This document shows, in pieces, positions 1 through 9,103 of a stretch of 64,000 nt of DNA (within the stretch, counting starts at the first letter, position 1; each line of letters opens with the position of its first letter). Position numbers and translations under genes: made by a program. The notes under the pieces are model-generated. The model made no database searches. It was not told the DNA's origin and was given only the letters and a program-made list of their open reading frames with translations. Source of the DNA: Acidobacteriota bacterium (GTDB taxonomy: Bacteria; Acidobacteriota; UBA890; WLXD01); the NCBI GenBank assembly GCA_965248695.1, contig CBDFKD010000002.1, forward strand, positions 4,512,001 to 4,576,000, read 5' to 3'.

Positions 1-246
1 GCCCTTCAAGTAGTGAGCCACCCACAACCGGTCGTTCGCATCGAGGATGTCTTCGATTACGTCGAGGGCTTCGTTCGGCTCACCCTGATCGATGTGTTCC
101 TGAGCGCTCTTGAGTTGTTCCTGCAGCTCCTGGACGTCCTGCTGTGCGAGCGGGGCCGCAGATACCGGCGCGGAGCTCAGGGTGGACGCCGCCAGGATCA
201 TCACCCCGAGCACGACAGGGATTCTTGCAATTCGTCCGGTCGCCAT
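1..246 (-). CDS. Secreted TPR-like protein, N-terminal part only (runs off the window edge)
   Basis: Read manually on the minus strand (not in the ORF track): MATGRIARIPVVLGVMILAASTLSSAPVSAAPLAQQDVQELQEQLKSAQEHIDQGEPNEALDVIEDILDANDRLWVAHYLKG. It has a signal peptide, a TPR-like pattern (A..H...GE..EAL...AHYLKG) and a GGAG RBS upstream of the ATG at 246. Confidence 0.7.
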   Translation of the reverse strand, partial: MATGRIARIPVVLGVMILAASTLSSAPVSAAPLAQQDVQELQEQLKSAQEHIDQGEPNEALDVIEDILDANDRLWVAHYLKG

Positions 247-493
247 TGCCTCTGATCTCCTGCGGGGATGCGCTGCCAGCGAGTCGCACCCAACTCTACG
301 ACGCACCGTCCGTCTTGGCCATCGAGGCGACCAAGACCGTTCGTCATCCGCCAACGAGTAGCATCAACGCCGACGAGCTGTGTCTCAGGCCCCTCAGCGG
401 GCTTGCTGGTCACCAACGCCCGTCGGGATGCGCTAGATTCGATGCGCAGAAAACTACCGCGAAACAGCTAGCAGGTGAGGTCCGGCAGCCAGC

Positions 494-1390
494 ATGAACT
501 CGAGAGTCATCGTTACTTGCGCCGTTACCGGGGCCGGCGACACCGTCGACAAGCACCCGGCCATTCCGGTAACCCCCGAGCAGATCGGCGACGCGGCTTT
601 GGAAGCGGCCGATGCCGGCGCCGCGGTCGTCCACTGTCATGTCCGCGACCCGCAGGACGGCCGCGGCGTGCGCGATGTCGACCTGTACCGCCAGGTCGTG
701 GAGCGCATTCGCGCGAACAACACCGACGTGATCATCAACCTCACCGCCGGCATGGGCGGCGATCTGATGATCGGCGACGGAGAGCGCCCACGCGATTTCG
801 ACGAGGAGCACACAGATCTGGTCGGTCCGGTCGAGCGGCTGCTGCATGTCGCCGAGCTACGTCCGGAGATTTGCACGTTGGACTGCGGTTCGCTCAACTT
901 CGGCGACACGCATTCGGTGGTCATCCAGACGCCTATCCAGTTGCGCCAGCAGGCCGAATTGATCCGCTCGTATGGCGTGAAGCCGGAGATGGAGATCTTC
1001 GACTCCGGCAACCTGTGGTTCGCCAAACAGCTGTGCAAGGAAGGCCTGATCGATGATCCGCCGATGTTTCAGTTGTGCCTGGGTATCCCGTGGGGAGCGC
1101 CAGTGAACACCCAAACGATGGCCTACATGGTCGGTGAGCTACCGGCGAACTGTGTCTGGGCCGGCTTCGGCATCGGTCGCTGGGAGATGCCGATGGTCGC
1201 GCAAGCCGTCGTGTTAGGAGGACACGTTCGAGTTGGACTCGAGGACAATCTCTACCTCGAGAAAGGCGTCTACGCCTCCAACGGCACCCTTACCGAGCGC
1301 GCGGTGCAGATCGTGCGCCTGATCGGAGCGCAGGTTGCAACACCGACGGAGGCCCGAGACATCCTTGGCCTGGCGCCGCACCGGGACTGA
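494..1390 (+). CDS. cdhC: Beta-keto acid cleavage enzyme (BKACE/DUF849), probably 3-dehydrocarnitine cleavage enzyme
   Basis: Motifs ITCAVTGA, Zn-binding [28 protein letters not shown]. Directly upstream of carnitine dehydrogenase. Confidence 0.9.
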   Translation: MNSRVIVTCAVTGAGDTVDKHPAIPVTPEQIGDAALEAADAGAAVVHCHVRDPQDGRGVRDVDLYRQVVERIRANNTDVIINLTAGMGGDLMIGDGERPRDFDEEHTDLVGPVERLLHVAELRPEICTLDCGSLNFGDTHSVVIQTPIQLRQQAELIRSYGVKPEMEIFDSGNLWFAKQLCKEGLIDDPPMFQLCLGIPWGAPVNTQTMAYMVGELPANCVWAGFGIGRWEMPMVAQAVVLGGHVRVGLEDNLYLEKGVYASNGTLTERAVQIVRLIGAQVATPTEARDILGLAPHRD

Positions 1391-1394
1391 CGTG

Positions 1395-2375
1395 ATGCCG
1401 GAAGCGGCGAGCTCGGGGATACGGACAGTCGGGGTCGCCGGCGCCGGCCTGATCGGAGCGGGTTGGGCTGCCCGGTTCCTGGCCCACGGCCTGGATGTGG
1501 TGGCGTACGATCCGGACGCCGCGGCTGAGAAACGACTGCGATCGAGTGTCGACAATGCGTGGCCGCCGATGCTTCAGCTCAGCGGCCAGGACCGTCTCGA
1601 CCGAGGCAACCTCAGCTTCACGTCCGACGTGGAGGAGATGGTGAGCCGCGCCGACTGGATACAGGAGGCGGCACCCGAGAGGGAAGACCTGAAGATCGCT
1701 CTGTTTTCGCAGCTCGACGCCCTTGCGCTACCGCACGTCGTGATTGCCTCCTCGTCGTCGGGCTTCCTGCCGACGCGACTTCAGTCAATGTGCTCCCATC
1801 CGGATCGATTGCTGGTCGGGCACCCGTTCAACCCGGTCTACTTGCTACCGCTCGTCGAGGTCGTGCCGGGCGAGCACACATCGGCGGACGCCATGCAGCG
1901 CGCCACCTCGTTTTACGAATCCATGGGAATGCACGTGCTACGCCTCAAGCGGGAGATCGATGGGTACCTCTGTGACCGGCTGCAGGAGGCTCTGTGGCGC
2001 GAGGCCCTCCACCTGATCCACAAGGACGTCGCCACCACCAGTGAGATCGACGATTCTCTGGTCTACTCTGCCGGACTGCGGTACGCATTCATGGGACCGT
2101 TCCTGACGTATCACCTGGCCGGTGGTGAGGGCGGGATGCGGCACTTTCTCGATCACTTCGATCCGACCGAGGAGCTTCCTTGGACCGAGCTGAGGTTCCC
2201 CGAGTGGTCCGAGGAGATGAGTCGCCGGCTCATTGAGGGCTGTGAGGAACAAGCTGAGGGTAGGTCGGTGGCGGAATGGGAGGTCAAACGGGACGCCGTC
2301 CTGGTGGACATCATGAAAGTGCTCGAGAAACACGGCATCGGCGCGGGTACCGTAGCCGAGCGCCGAGAACCGTAG
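1395..2375 (+). CDS. lcdH: L-carnitine 3-dehydrogenase (3-hydroxyacyl-CoA dehydrogenase family)
   Basis: Rossmann GAGLIGAGWAARFLAHG, QEAAPER, GHPFNPVYLLPLVE, DRLQEALWREALHL and GPFLTYHLAGGEGGMRHF are typical of carnitine dehydrogenase. Start placed at ATG 1395, just after the cdhC stop. Confidence 0.88.
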   Translation: MPEAASSGIRTVGVAGAGLIGAGWAARFLAHGLDVVAYDPDAAAEKRLRSSVDNAWPPMLQLSGQDRLDRGNLSFTSDVEEMVSRADWIQEAAPEREDLKIALFSQLDALALPHVVIASSSSGFLPTRLQSMCSHPDRLLVGHPFNPVYLLPLVEVVPGEHTSADAMQRATSFYESMGMHVLRLKREIDGYLCDRLQEALWREALHLIHKDVATTSEIDDSLVYSAGLRYAFMGPFLTYHLAGGEGGMRHFLDHFDPTEELPWTELRFPEWSEEMSRRLIEGCEEQAEGRSVAEWEVKRDAVLVDIMKVLEKHGIGAGTVAERREP

Positions 2376-2390
2376 GGGAGCGACGCTCTG

Positions 2391-3470
2391 ATGACGGCGC
2401 CCCGGTTTTACATCGTCGGCAGCGCGCGCGCGCGTCCCGCGAGCCGCAAGACGATCTTCGCCGATGGCGACTCCGACAGTACGTTCAGAGACGGCGTCGA
2501 CCTGGAGCTCAGCCACTGGGTTCCGAACAAGACGCCGGACGAATACAAGGCCGACACCTCGACCGGATGCTGCGTGCGGTTCGCCGAACAACACTCCGTC
2601 GACGAATGGGACCTGGCGATCAACAATCATCTCGACGTGGACGGCGTTCTCTCGATTTTCACGCTGGTGTATCCACACCTGGCGCTGGCCGAACGGCAAA
2701 CGATCGTTCAGGCCGCCGAGATGGGCGACTTTTGGGGCTGGGGAGAGAGACCGGCCCAGGCGCTCTTCCAGGGGCTCACGTTGCTCATGGACAGCCTTCA
2801 GGCGCGGCAGGTCGATATTCAGGAAATCTATGAGCGCTGTTTCGACCGCGCCCGCCAGCTGCTCGGCGATGATGTCGATGATGAGCAGGAGACGCGCGAG
2901 GGCCTGGAGGCCCTGGCCCGTTCGCTCGATCTGGTGCGGTCGGGTGCGATCGAACGGTCCCGTCTTCATGAGCGCTTCACCCACTTCCACCTGCCGGCCT
3001 CGGTGGTCGGTGGGCACATCGAGCTGGCGCTGGACGTCCCGGCGTTCAACGCCCCACTCGGGGCACCGGTCCCACTGTTGCCGCAGGTACGAAATCGCCA
3101 GGACCGGGAGCGCGTACAGCTCGTTTCGATCGAGGCCGACCAGGGCTGGTACTACGACCTCTACTATCCCGGATATATGTGGGCCGATACCCCGCGGTCG
3201 TGGCGGGCGCCAGGATTGGCCTTCAGCGGCAGCAAGAACGGCTACTACTACGGTCATGCACCGTTGGATGACGCGGTGGTGCAGCTGGCAGAGGCCGAGA
3301 GCGGTGCCGGGCACTGGCGGATCGCCGATGAAGTGACCCCGTTCGCCGCCCTCGCGGGGCGTGGCTTCCCGGTCGTGTTGAGCTTTCTGGACGGAGACGA
3401 TCAGCCGGCGTGTAGTCGACTTGCGCCGGCGAGTGTGGCGTCGATCCTGGCCGCTGCCTTCGACTCTTAA
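2391..3470 (+). CDS. DUF6687-like protein (possible DHH-related metallohydrolase)
   Basis: Motifs LSHWVPNKTP..KADTS, NNHLDVDG, AAEMGDF resemble DUF6687. 15 bp after lcdH, with a GGGGAG RBS. Confidence 0.65.
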   Translation: MTAPRFYIVGSARARPASRKTIFADGDSDSTFRDGVDLELSHWVPNKTPDEYKADTSTGCCVRFAEQHSVDEWDLAINNHLDVDGVLSIFTLVYPHLALAERQTIVQAAEMGDFWGWGERPAQALFQGLTLLMDSLQARQVDIQEIYERCFDRARQLLGDDVDDEQETREGLEALARSLDLVRSGAIERSRLHERFTHFHLPASVVGGHIELALDVPAFNAPLGAPVPLLPQVRNRQDRERVQLVSIEADQGWYYDLYYPGYMWADTPRSWRAPGLAFSGSKNGYYYGHAPLDDAVVQLAEAESGAGHWRIADEVTPFAALAGRGFPVVLSFLDGDDQPACSRLAPASVASILAAAFDS

Positions 3471-3719
3471 GCCCGGCGACCGGTAGCAGGCCGCTTCGTC
3501 CGTCTCCGGCGAGCGCCGCCGGGTAGGAGGCCCGCCGTTTGTCCGTCGTTGGCCGGTGCTGTCTTCGCGACCGATAATTGCCTTCTGTTGCCCGCGCTCC
3601 GGCTGATAGATTGACTCGGCGCGTCCCGCACGAGTGCCCACTCCGTGGGCGTCGGGGCTCCTGGAGCGACGGGCAAGCCAGTGCACTTGACGACTGCGGT
3701 AGGCCGTGCGGCCCGCGCG

Positions 3720-6284
3720 ATGCCGGGCCCGGGCTGCCGTCGAATTCTCATCCTCACGACGGTGGTGTCCGCGCTTGCCAGCCCGGTCGTGGTCGCCCAG
3801 CAAGAGCACGACGAGCAAGAGCGTCGTCGCCGGATTCCGGTCCGCCTTGTTCAGCCGAACGAGTCGGGGAACCCGGCACGGACCGGACCGCGTCGGAACA
3901 TTCCCGTGCGCATGGTCCGTCCTGGCGAAACAGTCCCTCCGAGGCTGGCAACCGCGCCGAGCACGCATGCCGAGATGCCGGTGGCGGAATCCGACCGCAG
4001 TGGCGCGCTCCAGCCTGCCGTCGCGGCCGCCGCGGAGCCGATGGGGTCCGAAGGCCCATTGCTGCCGACGAGCGAAGCGACCCCGTTCACACTTGTGGAG
4101 AGCTCCCCTCGCCGGGCGTCGCCGAGCACCGATGCCACCGTTGTCTCTGCTGACTTTGCCGACCTGCCCATCGACGGCAAACGCGCTGCCGCGACATGGA
4201 CGGACACGCCGCCGGTCCTCGATGGCCGGATTGACGATGCGGCGTGGGTGCTGGCGGACGTTGTGAGCGACTTCACCCAGAAGGAGCCCGTCGCTGGCGC
4301 GACGCCGACGATGCGCACCGAGGTGCGCATCCTGTACGACGACGACACCCTCTACGTCGGCTGGATCAACTACGACGATGAGCCCGACAAGATCGTCGCC
4401 ACGGAGATGCGCCGCGACGAATATCCGTCGGCGGATGATTGGGCAGTGGTCTACCTCGACACGTTCCACGACCGTCGCAACGCGTTCGCCTTCGTGGTCA
4501 ACGCGCTCGGTAACAAGTTCGACTTCACCCTGCGTGACGAGAGCCAGTTCAACCAGAACTGGGACGAGACCTGGGAAGCTGCGGCGAGCATCACCGAACG
4601 CGGCTGGGAGGCCGAGCTCGCCATCCCGTTTGCCGCCCTCCGGTATCCCACCGGTAGCAACGTCTGGGGCATCGAGCTGGAGCGCGAGGTGATACGCACG
4701 AAGGAGCGCATGAACTGGAGCAACACCAGCCGCGACTACGACTGGCGGGCGGTCTCACAGTACGGCAATCTCGTCGGGCTGCAGGGCCTGGCGCTCACCG
4801 ATCGGTTCCGTCTCAAGCCGTTCGTAACCGGCGGCTACGACTCCTTCCAGCAGCGTGACGATCCGACCTCCGACGGCAGGGGCGATATCGGCCTCGAACG
4901 GTTTCAGGTACAGCTGACCCCCAGCCTCACCGCCAACCTGACGGTGAACACCGACTTTGCCGAGGTCGAAGCTGACACCCAGCAGGTGAACCTGACACGT
5001 TTCTCGCTGTTCTTTCCCGAGCAGCGTGAGTTCTTTCTCGAGGCCGCCAACAGCTTCACCTTCGGCACGCTGGGACGGCGTAGTGCCGAGGGCGAGGGAG
5101 GCGGCTTCCAGCGACAGCCGCCACTGGCACTGCTGTTCTTCTCGCGTCGTATCGGTCTGGGGCCAGAGGGACAGCCTGTCCCGATTCGCTATGGCGGCAA
5201 GCTGACCGGGAAGATCGGCAGCGGCAACGTCGGTTTCGTTAACGTGCAGACGGGCGACTCGCAGTTCGGCGTTGGCCAGAACTTCGCTGCGTTTCGCTGG
5301 AAGCAGCCCGTCTTCGGGCGCTCGAGCGTCGGCGCGCTGGTCACCAACGTGCAGGGGCCCGACGGCCAGTACAATCGCGTTTTCGGCATCGACACGGACT
5401 TGACGCTCTTCGACCACCTGTTCGTGTCGGGGTTCGTTGCCGGCGGCCAGGATAGCGACGTCGACGGCACCTCCTGGGTGGGGCAGCTCAGCGCCGGGTG
5501 GGAAACCGAAGCGTGGGGGCTGGGCGGCGATGTCACCTACGTGGCCGACGACTTCGACACCGACCTCGGCTTCGTTCTGCGGCAGAACATCGTGCGTTAC
5601 AGCTCGCAGGGGCGCTGGTCGATGCGCCCGAGCATGCCTTTCCTGCGGCGCGTGTCGCTGGGCCCTTCGTTCGAACGCATCACCGATACCAGCGGGCGGA
5701 CGGTCTCCCGGCTGAGCAGTCTGAACACTCGGTTGGATCTGGAGTCCGGGGACATCGTCCGTTTCCGCATCAACCGCAACTACGAGCTGCTGGACTTCGA
5801 TTTCCCCATCGATGAGAACGTTTCCATCGCGGCCGGTGACTACTCCTGGACCGACGGCGAGATTGCGCTGCGCAGCGCCGCGCGGCGGGCGCTCAGCGGC
5901 AGCCTGACCTTTAACCTGGGCGAGTTCTATGACGGCACGCGCCTCGGCGTGGGCGGGGGACCCAGCTTCCGGTTCAGCGACCGCTTCACCCTGAACCCGA
6001 CGTACAACTTCAATCGCATCCACCTGCCCGGCGGCAGCTTCGACACGCACCTGGTGAGGCTGCGCGCCAACCTGTCGCTGTCCGAGCGCATACTGTTCGA
6101 CTCGCTGTTGCAGCACAGTAGCGCCACCGACCAGCTCTCGGCGTTCGTGCGCCTGCGGTACATCTACCGCACCGGCGACGACTTCTATCTTGTGTATCGG
6201 CAGTCGACCGCGTTCAGCGGGCTGTTCGATCGTCTCGACGACCGCACGCTGACCGCGAAGATGACCTTCACCCTGCAGCGCTAA
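3720..6284 (+). CDS. CBM9-like domain + DUF5916 outer-membrane beta-barrel protein (copy 1)
   Basis: Signal peptide; PVLDGRIDDAAW, TEVRILYD, LDTFHD, NTDFAEVEAD, NLTRFSLFFPEQREFFLE; beta-strand-rich C-terminus ending AKMTFTLQR. Start uncertain (3645 or 3720). Confidence 0.85.
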   Translation: MPGPGCRRILILTTVVSALASPVVVAQQEHDEQERRRRIPVRLVQPNESGNPARTGPRRNIPVRMVRPGETVPPRLATAPSTHAEMPVAESDRSGALQPAVAAAAEPMGSEGPLLPTSEATPFTLVESSPRRASPSTDATVVSADFADLPIDGKRAAATWTDTPPVLDGRIDDAAWVLADVVSDFTQKEPVAGATPTMRTEVRILYDDDTLYVGWINYDDEPDKIVATEMRRDEYPSADDWAVVYLDTFHDRRNAFAFVVNALGNKFDFTLRDESQFNQNWDETWEAAASITERGWEAELAIPFAALRYPTGSNVWGIELEREVIRTKERMNWSNTSRDYDWRAVSQYGNLVGLQGLALTDRFRLKPFVTGGYDSFQQRDDPTSDGRGDIGLERFQVQLTPSLTANLTVNTDFAEVEADTQQVNLTRFSLFFPEQREFFLEAANSFTFGTLGRRSAEGEGGGFQRQPPLALLFFSRRIGLGPEGQPVPIRYGGKLTGKIGSGNVGFVNVQTGDSQFGVGQNFAAFRWKQPVFGRSSVGALVTNVQGPDGQYNRVFGIDTDLTLFDHLFVSGFVAGGQDSDVDGTSWVGQLSAGWETEAWGLGGDVTYVADDFDTDLGFVLRQNIVRYSSQGRWSMRPSMPFLRRVSLGPSFERITDTSGRTVSRLSSLNTRLDLESGDIVRFRINRNYELLDFDFPIDENVSIAAGDYSWTDGEIALRSAARRALSGSLTFNLGEFYDGTRLGVGGGPSFRFSDRFTLNPTYNFNRIHLPGGSFDTHLVRLRANLSLSERILFDSLLQHSSATDQLSAFVRLRYIYRTGDDFYLVYRQSTAFSGLFDRLDDRTLTAKMTFTLQR

Positions 6285-6310
6285 CGCGATGGACTAACCG
6301 CTGGCTGTCT

Positions 6311-7474
6311 TCACGACAGATCCGCCAGGCGCTCACAGGCCTCCGTCAGCACCCCGTCGTCCTTGGCGTAGCAGAAGCGCAGGTAGTTCTTGGCGTTGCT
6401 TCCCTGAAAGAATGCCTCGCCGGGAACCGACGCGATGCCGGTCCTATCCAGCAGATGCATAGCGCGGGCCTTGCCATCGTTCCCCGGTAGATGAGAGGCG
6501 TCGGCCAGGACGTAGTAGGAGCCGGCGGGGATGCACGGGGTGAGCCCGGCACGATCGAGGGCGTCGCAGAAGCGGTCGCGCTTGGCCTCGTACTCCACCG
6601 CCAGATCGGCAAAGAACGCGTCGTCCAGTGTGTCGACGCCGGCCGCGACCCCGAACTGCAGCGGGGCCGGCGCGCACACGTAGACGAGATCGTTCATATA
6701 GCCGATGATCTGCGACCAGCGAGCGGCGCTGGCGGTGTACCCGATGCGCCAGCCGGTGATGCTGAAGGTCTTCGAGTAGCCGGAGATCGTGATCGTTCGA
6801 TCGCGCAGCTCCGGCAACGACCCCGGGCTGATGTGCTGGGCGCCACCGTAGAGGAAGTACTCGTAGATTTCGTCGGTAACCACCAGCAAATCGTGGCGCC
6901 CGGCAAGCTCGCTGATCCACTCGAGCTCCTCGCGAGTAAACACCTTGCCGGAGGGGTTACCCGGTGTGTTGACGAGGATCATCTTGGTGCGCGGTGAGAT
7001 CGCCGCTTCCAGCGCGGCCCGGTCGAAGCCCCATTCGGGAGGCTGCAACTTGACCACAACGGGGATCGCTTCCAACGAGTCCAGGGTGTTTACGTGGTAC
7101 CCGTAATAGGGCTCGAAGAGGACCACCTCATCGCCGGGATCGAGGAACGATAGGCAGACGGCGTAGAAGGCCCCGGTCGAGCCGGCGGAGACCACGATGT
7201 CGGTCTCCGGGTCGACGTCGATGCCGTTGTAGGCGCTCAGCTTGTGCGCCAACGCACGACGCAGTACCTCCATACCATCGTAGCGCGTGTAGGTGTTGAG
7301 TCCCTGCTCGAGAGCGTCGCGTACACCCTGCAGCACCGGCTCCGGAGTTGGCGTGTCGCACGTCCCCTGGGCCAGGTTGATACCGCCGACGCGCTCGCAC
7401 TCGATGAACATGGCGCGGATCTCGGCCTGGGTGATCGAGTCCGCGCGGCGGCTCGGGGAGAGCCGCGATGTCAC
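6311..7474 (-). CDS. PLP-dependent aminotransferase class I/II
   Basis: INLAQG, NTPGNPSG, VTDEIYE, SGYSKTFSITGWRIGY (PLP Lys), LRFCYAK. GTG start at 7474, just after the upstream stop. Confidence 0.9.
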   Translation of the reverse strand: MTSRLSPSRRADSITQAEIRAMFIECERVGGINLAQGTCDTPTPEPVLQGVRDALEQGLNTYTRYDGMEVLRRALAHKLSAYNGIDVDPETDIVVSAGSTGAFYAVCLSFLDPGDEVVLFEPYYGYHVNTLDSLEAIPVVVKLQPPEWGFDRAALEAAISPRTKMILVNTPGNPSGKVFTREELEWISELAGRHDLLVVTDEIYEYFLYGGAQHISPGSLPELRDRTITISGYSKTFSITGWRIGYTASAARWSQIIGYMNDLVYVCAPAPLQFGVAAGVDTLDDAFFADLAVEYEAKRDRFCDALDRAGLTPCIPAGSYYVLADASHLPGNDGKARAMHLLDRTGIASVPGEAFFQGSNAKNYLRFCYAKDDGVLTEACERLADLS

Positions 7475-7481
7475 ACTGGGT

Positions 7482-8771
7482 TCACTTCCCAAAGGGCGGG
7501 TCCGGTATGAGCTCGGGTCCCAGCCGACCTTCGACGAAGTTACCGCCGTTCGGCGCCTTGGCAACTGACTTCAGAGCCTTGGCAAACGGCCCCGGCCCAC
7601 AGAACGGGTCCGCTACGCCGGCGGGGTTCGGGCAGTTGATCGGGCCCACCACCAGCCCGTCCCCGTTGCCGCGCGCCGAGCCTGATTCGTCAGCGAAGAA
7701 GTTCTGCGTCAGAATCTCTCCTTCTCCCAGCATCGTCACGGTGGGGCCGAATTCCCAGATGGAATAGGCGGTCGCTCCCTCGAACCCCCTGAACTTGCTG
7801 ATGTCCAAGTCGAACAAGGTCGCAAAAGACGCGGCGCCGAAGCCTTTGAGGAACTCCTCGAAATGCGCCAATACGCCGATGGTTGGATACGGAGTCGGCA
7901 CCGGGATTTCGCGCGTCATGACCACCGTCGGATCGTCGTGGCTGACGAGTATTTGCGTCATATGGCCTTCGTCGGCGCCGCCGCTGTCGCCTCCATCGCG
8001 GAGCCCGAGCCATGGGTAAAACGCCCTCGCGCAAGCGACCAGGGTCACGTGGTACAGCGTCGAGTCGAACTCGCCGATCTTTCGGGACGCCACGATGAGC
8101 TTGAGCCCGGATTTGCAGATGTTCTTGTAGTTCTTAGTGGGCGACCGTCCAACTTGCGAGCTCGAGCGCGATACCGCCGCGTCGGCATCGATGACTGTGT
8201 AGCTGGTCTTGTTCACCGACACCAGATGCGGGGCGAAGCTGTCGCCGCGGATGCGGAGCGGGTTCTTGCCGACTTTTACCGTGCCGAGCACGGCGTCGGT
8301 TTCGGCGTCGATCAGCGCCACGTTGCGCTTGCTGTGGAGCACTCCCACGAGCGCGCCAGGGGCCTTTCGTGAGCCGTTCACGCTCCGATCGTTGAACAGC
8401 TCGACGCTGCGGGCGTTGGCGCCTACCTTGATCTCGCTGACGATCTCGTTCGTTTCGCGATCGATCTTGGAAACCGTATTGCTCCCCGAGTTCGCCACCC
8501 AGAGGTGCGTGTCGCCAACCGTCAGGTCGCTGGCGCCATTGAAACCCTCGATGGTGTCCACGACCTTCGACGTGGCTACCTTCTCTCCGTCCTGCTTCTT
8601 CCACTTGCTCTCGATCACGAGGACGGTGTCGTCGGCCGCGTTGATCACATAGGTGTCGCCCTTGATCGTCGCTCGACGTGCGGAGCTTGCTGCACCGGTT
8701 GTCGGGATGGTCATAGCTAGCGTGAGAGCCGTGGCGCAGAAGATCGAAAGTAGGCGTGTCGTTGATCGCAT
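7482..8771 (-). CDS. Secreted YVTN/YncE-type beta-propeller repeat protein
   Basis: Signal peptide MRSTTRLLSIFCATALTLA; YVTN-like repeats YVINAADDTVLVI, WVANSGSNTVSKID...IKVG, VALID...VKVGKNP; AGGAG RBS. Confidence 0.7.
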   Translation of the reverse strand: MRSTTRLLSIFCATALTLAMTIPTTGAASSARRATIKGDTYVINAADDTVLVIESKWKKQDGEKVATSKVVDTIEGFNGASDLTVGDTHLWVANSGSNTVSKIDRETNEIVSEIKVGANARSVELFNDRSVNGSRKAPGALVGVLHSKRNVALIDAETDAVLGTVKVGKNPLRIRGDSFAPHLVSVNKTSYTVIDADAAVSRSSSQVGRSPTKNYKNICKSGLKLIVASRKIGEFDSTLYHVTLVACARAFYPWLGLRDGGDSGGADEGHMTQILVSHDDPTVVMTREIPVPTPYPTIGVLAHFEEFLKGFGAASFATLFDLDISKFRGFEGATAYSIWEFGPTVTMLGEGEILTQNFFADESGSARGNGDGLVVGPINCPNPAGVADPFCGPGPFAKALKSVAKAPNGGNFVEGRLGPELIPDPPFGK

Positions 8772-9103
8772 TGGTCTCCTCATCGACGGGCAGCGCCGCT
8801 GCCCTTCCATTGGATGAGCGGCGTGCGAGGTTTCTATCACGTTGGTTGTGGGTGAGTCACCGGCGCAACCAGCCCAACGCCAACTCCGAAAATCCGAGCG
8901 ACAACAGCTCGCTACGAAAGCGACGATGCTCGCCTCCCGCCGCGCTATGGCGCAGAAGGACGGCCTGTGGCCTGGGCGAGCAGGCGACGTCGCGGCGGCA
9001 CGATCGGTCGGTTGAGCCACCCCGCGCTTGCGATTACGATCAGCGCCGCGCTCAAGACATGGGCGGGGATGCCAGCTGACCCGACGATCGGGCGGAGCCG
9101 CAA

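Noticed and set aside
494-1390. BKACE as the Kce of classical lysine fermentation linked to kamA
   Set aside because: It is about 22 kb from kamA and coupled to carnitine dehydrogenase. kamDE, kdd and kal are absent from the window.
1938-4469. 843-aa minus-strand ORF and many other long antisense or alternate-frame ORFs (e.g. 4755-6116, 14354-15841, 26435-27901, 35805-37127, 45784-46890)
   Set aside because: They are shadows of well-supported genes on the other strand or frame. This is expected in high-GC DNA, and they are Arg/Gly/Ala-rich with no motifs.
8830-9030. Hairpin-rich leader upstream of the YVTN gene (TGCTCGCC...GGCGAGCA) as a riboswitch
   Set aside because: No recognisable consensus for cobalamin, c-di-GMP, TPP or SAM aptamers. 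Stems of this length are expected at this GC content.
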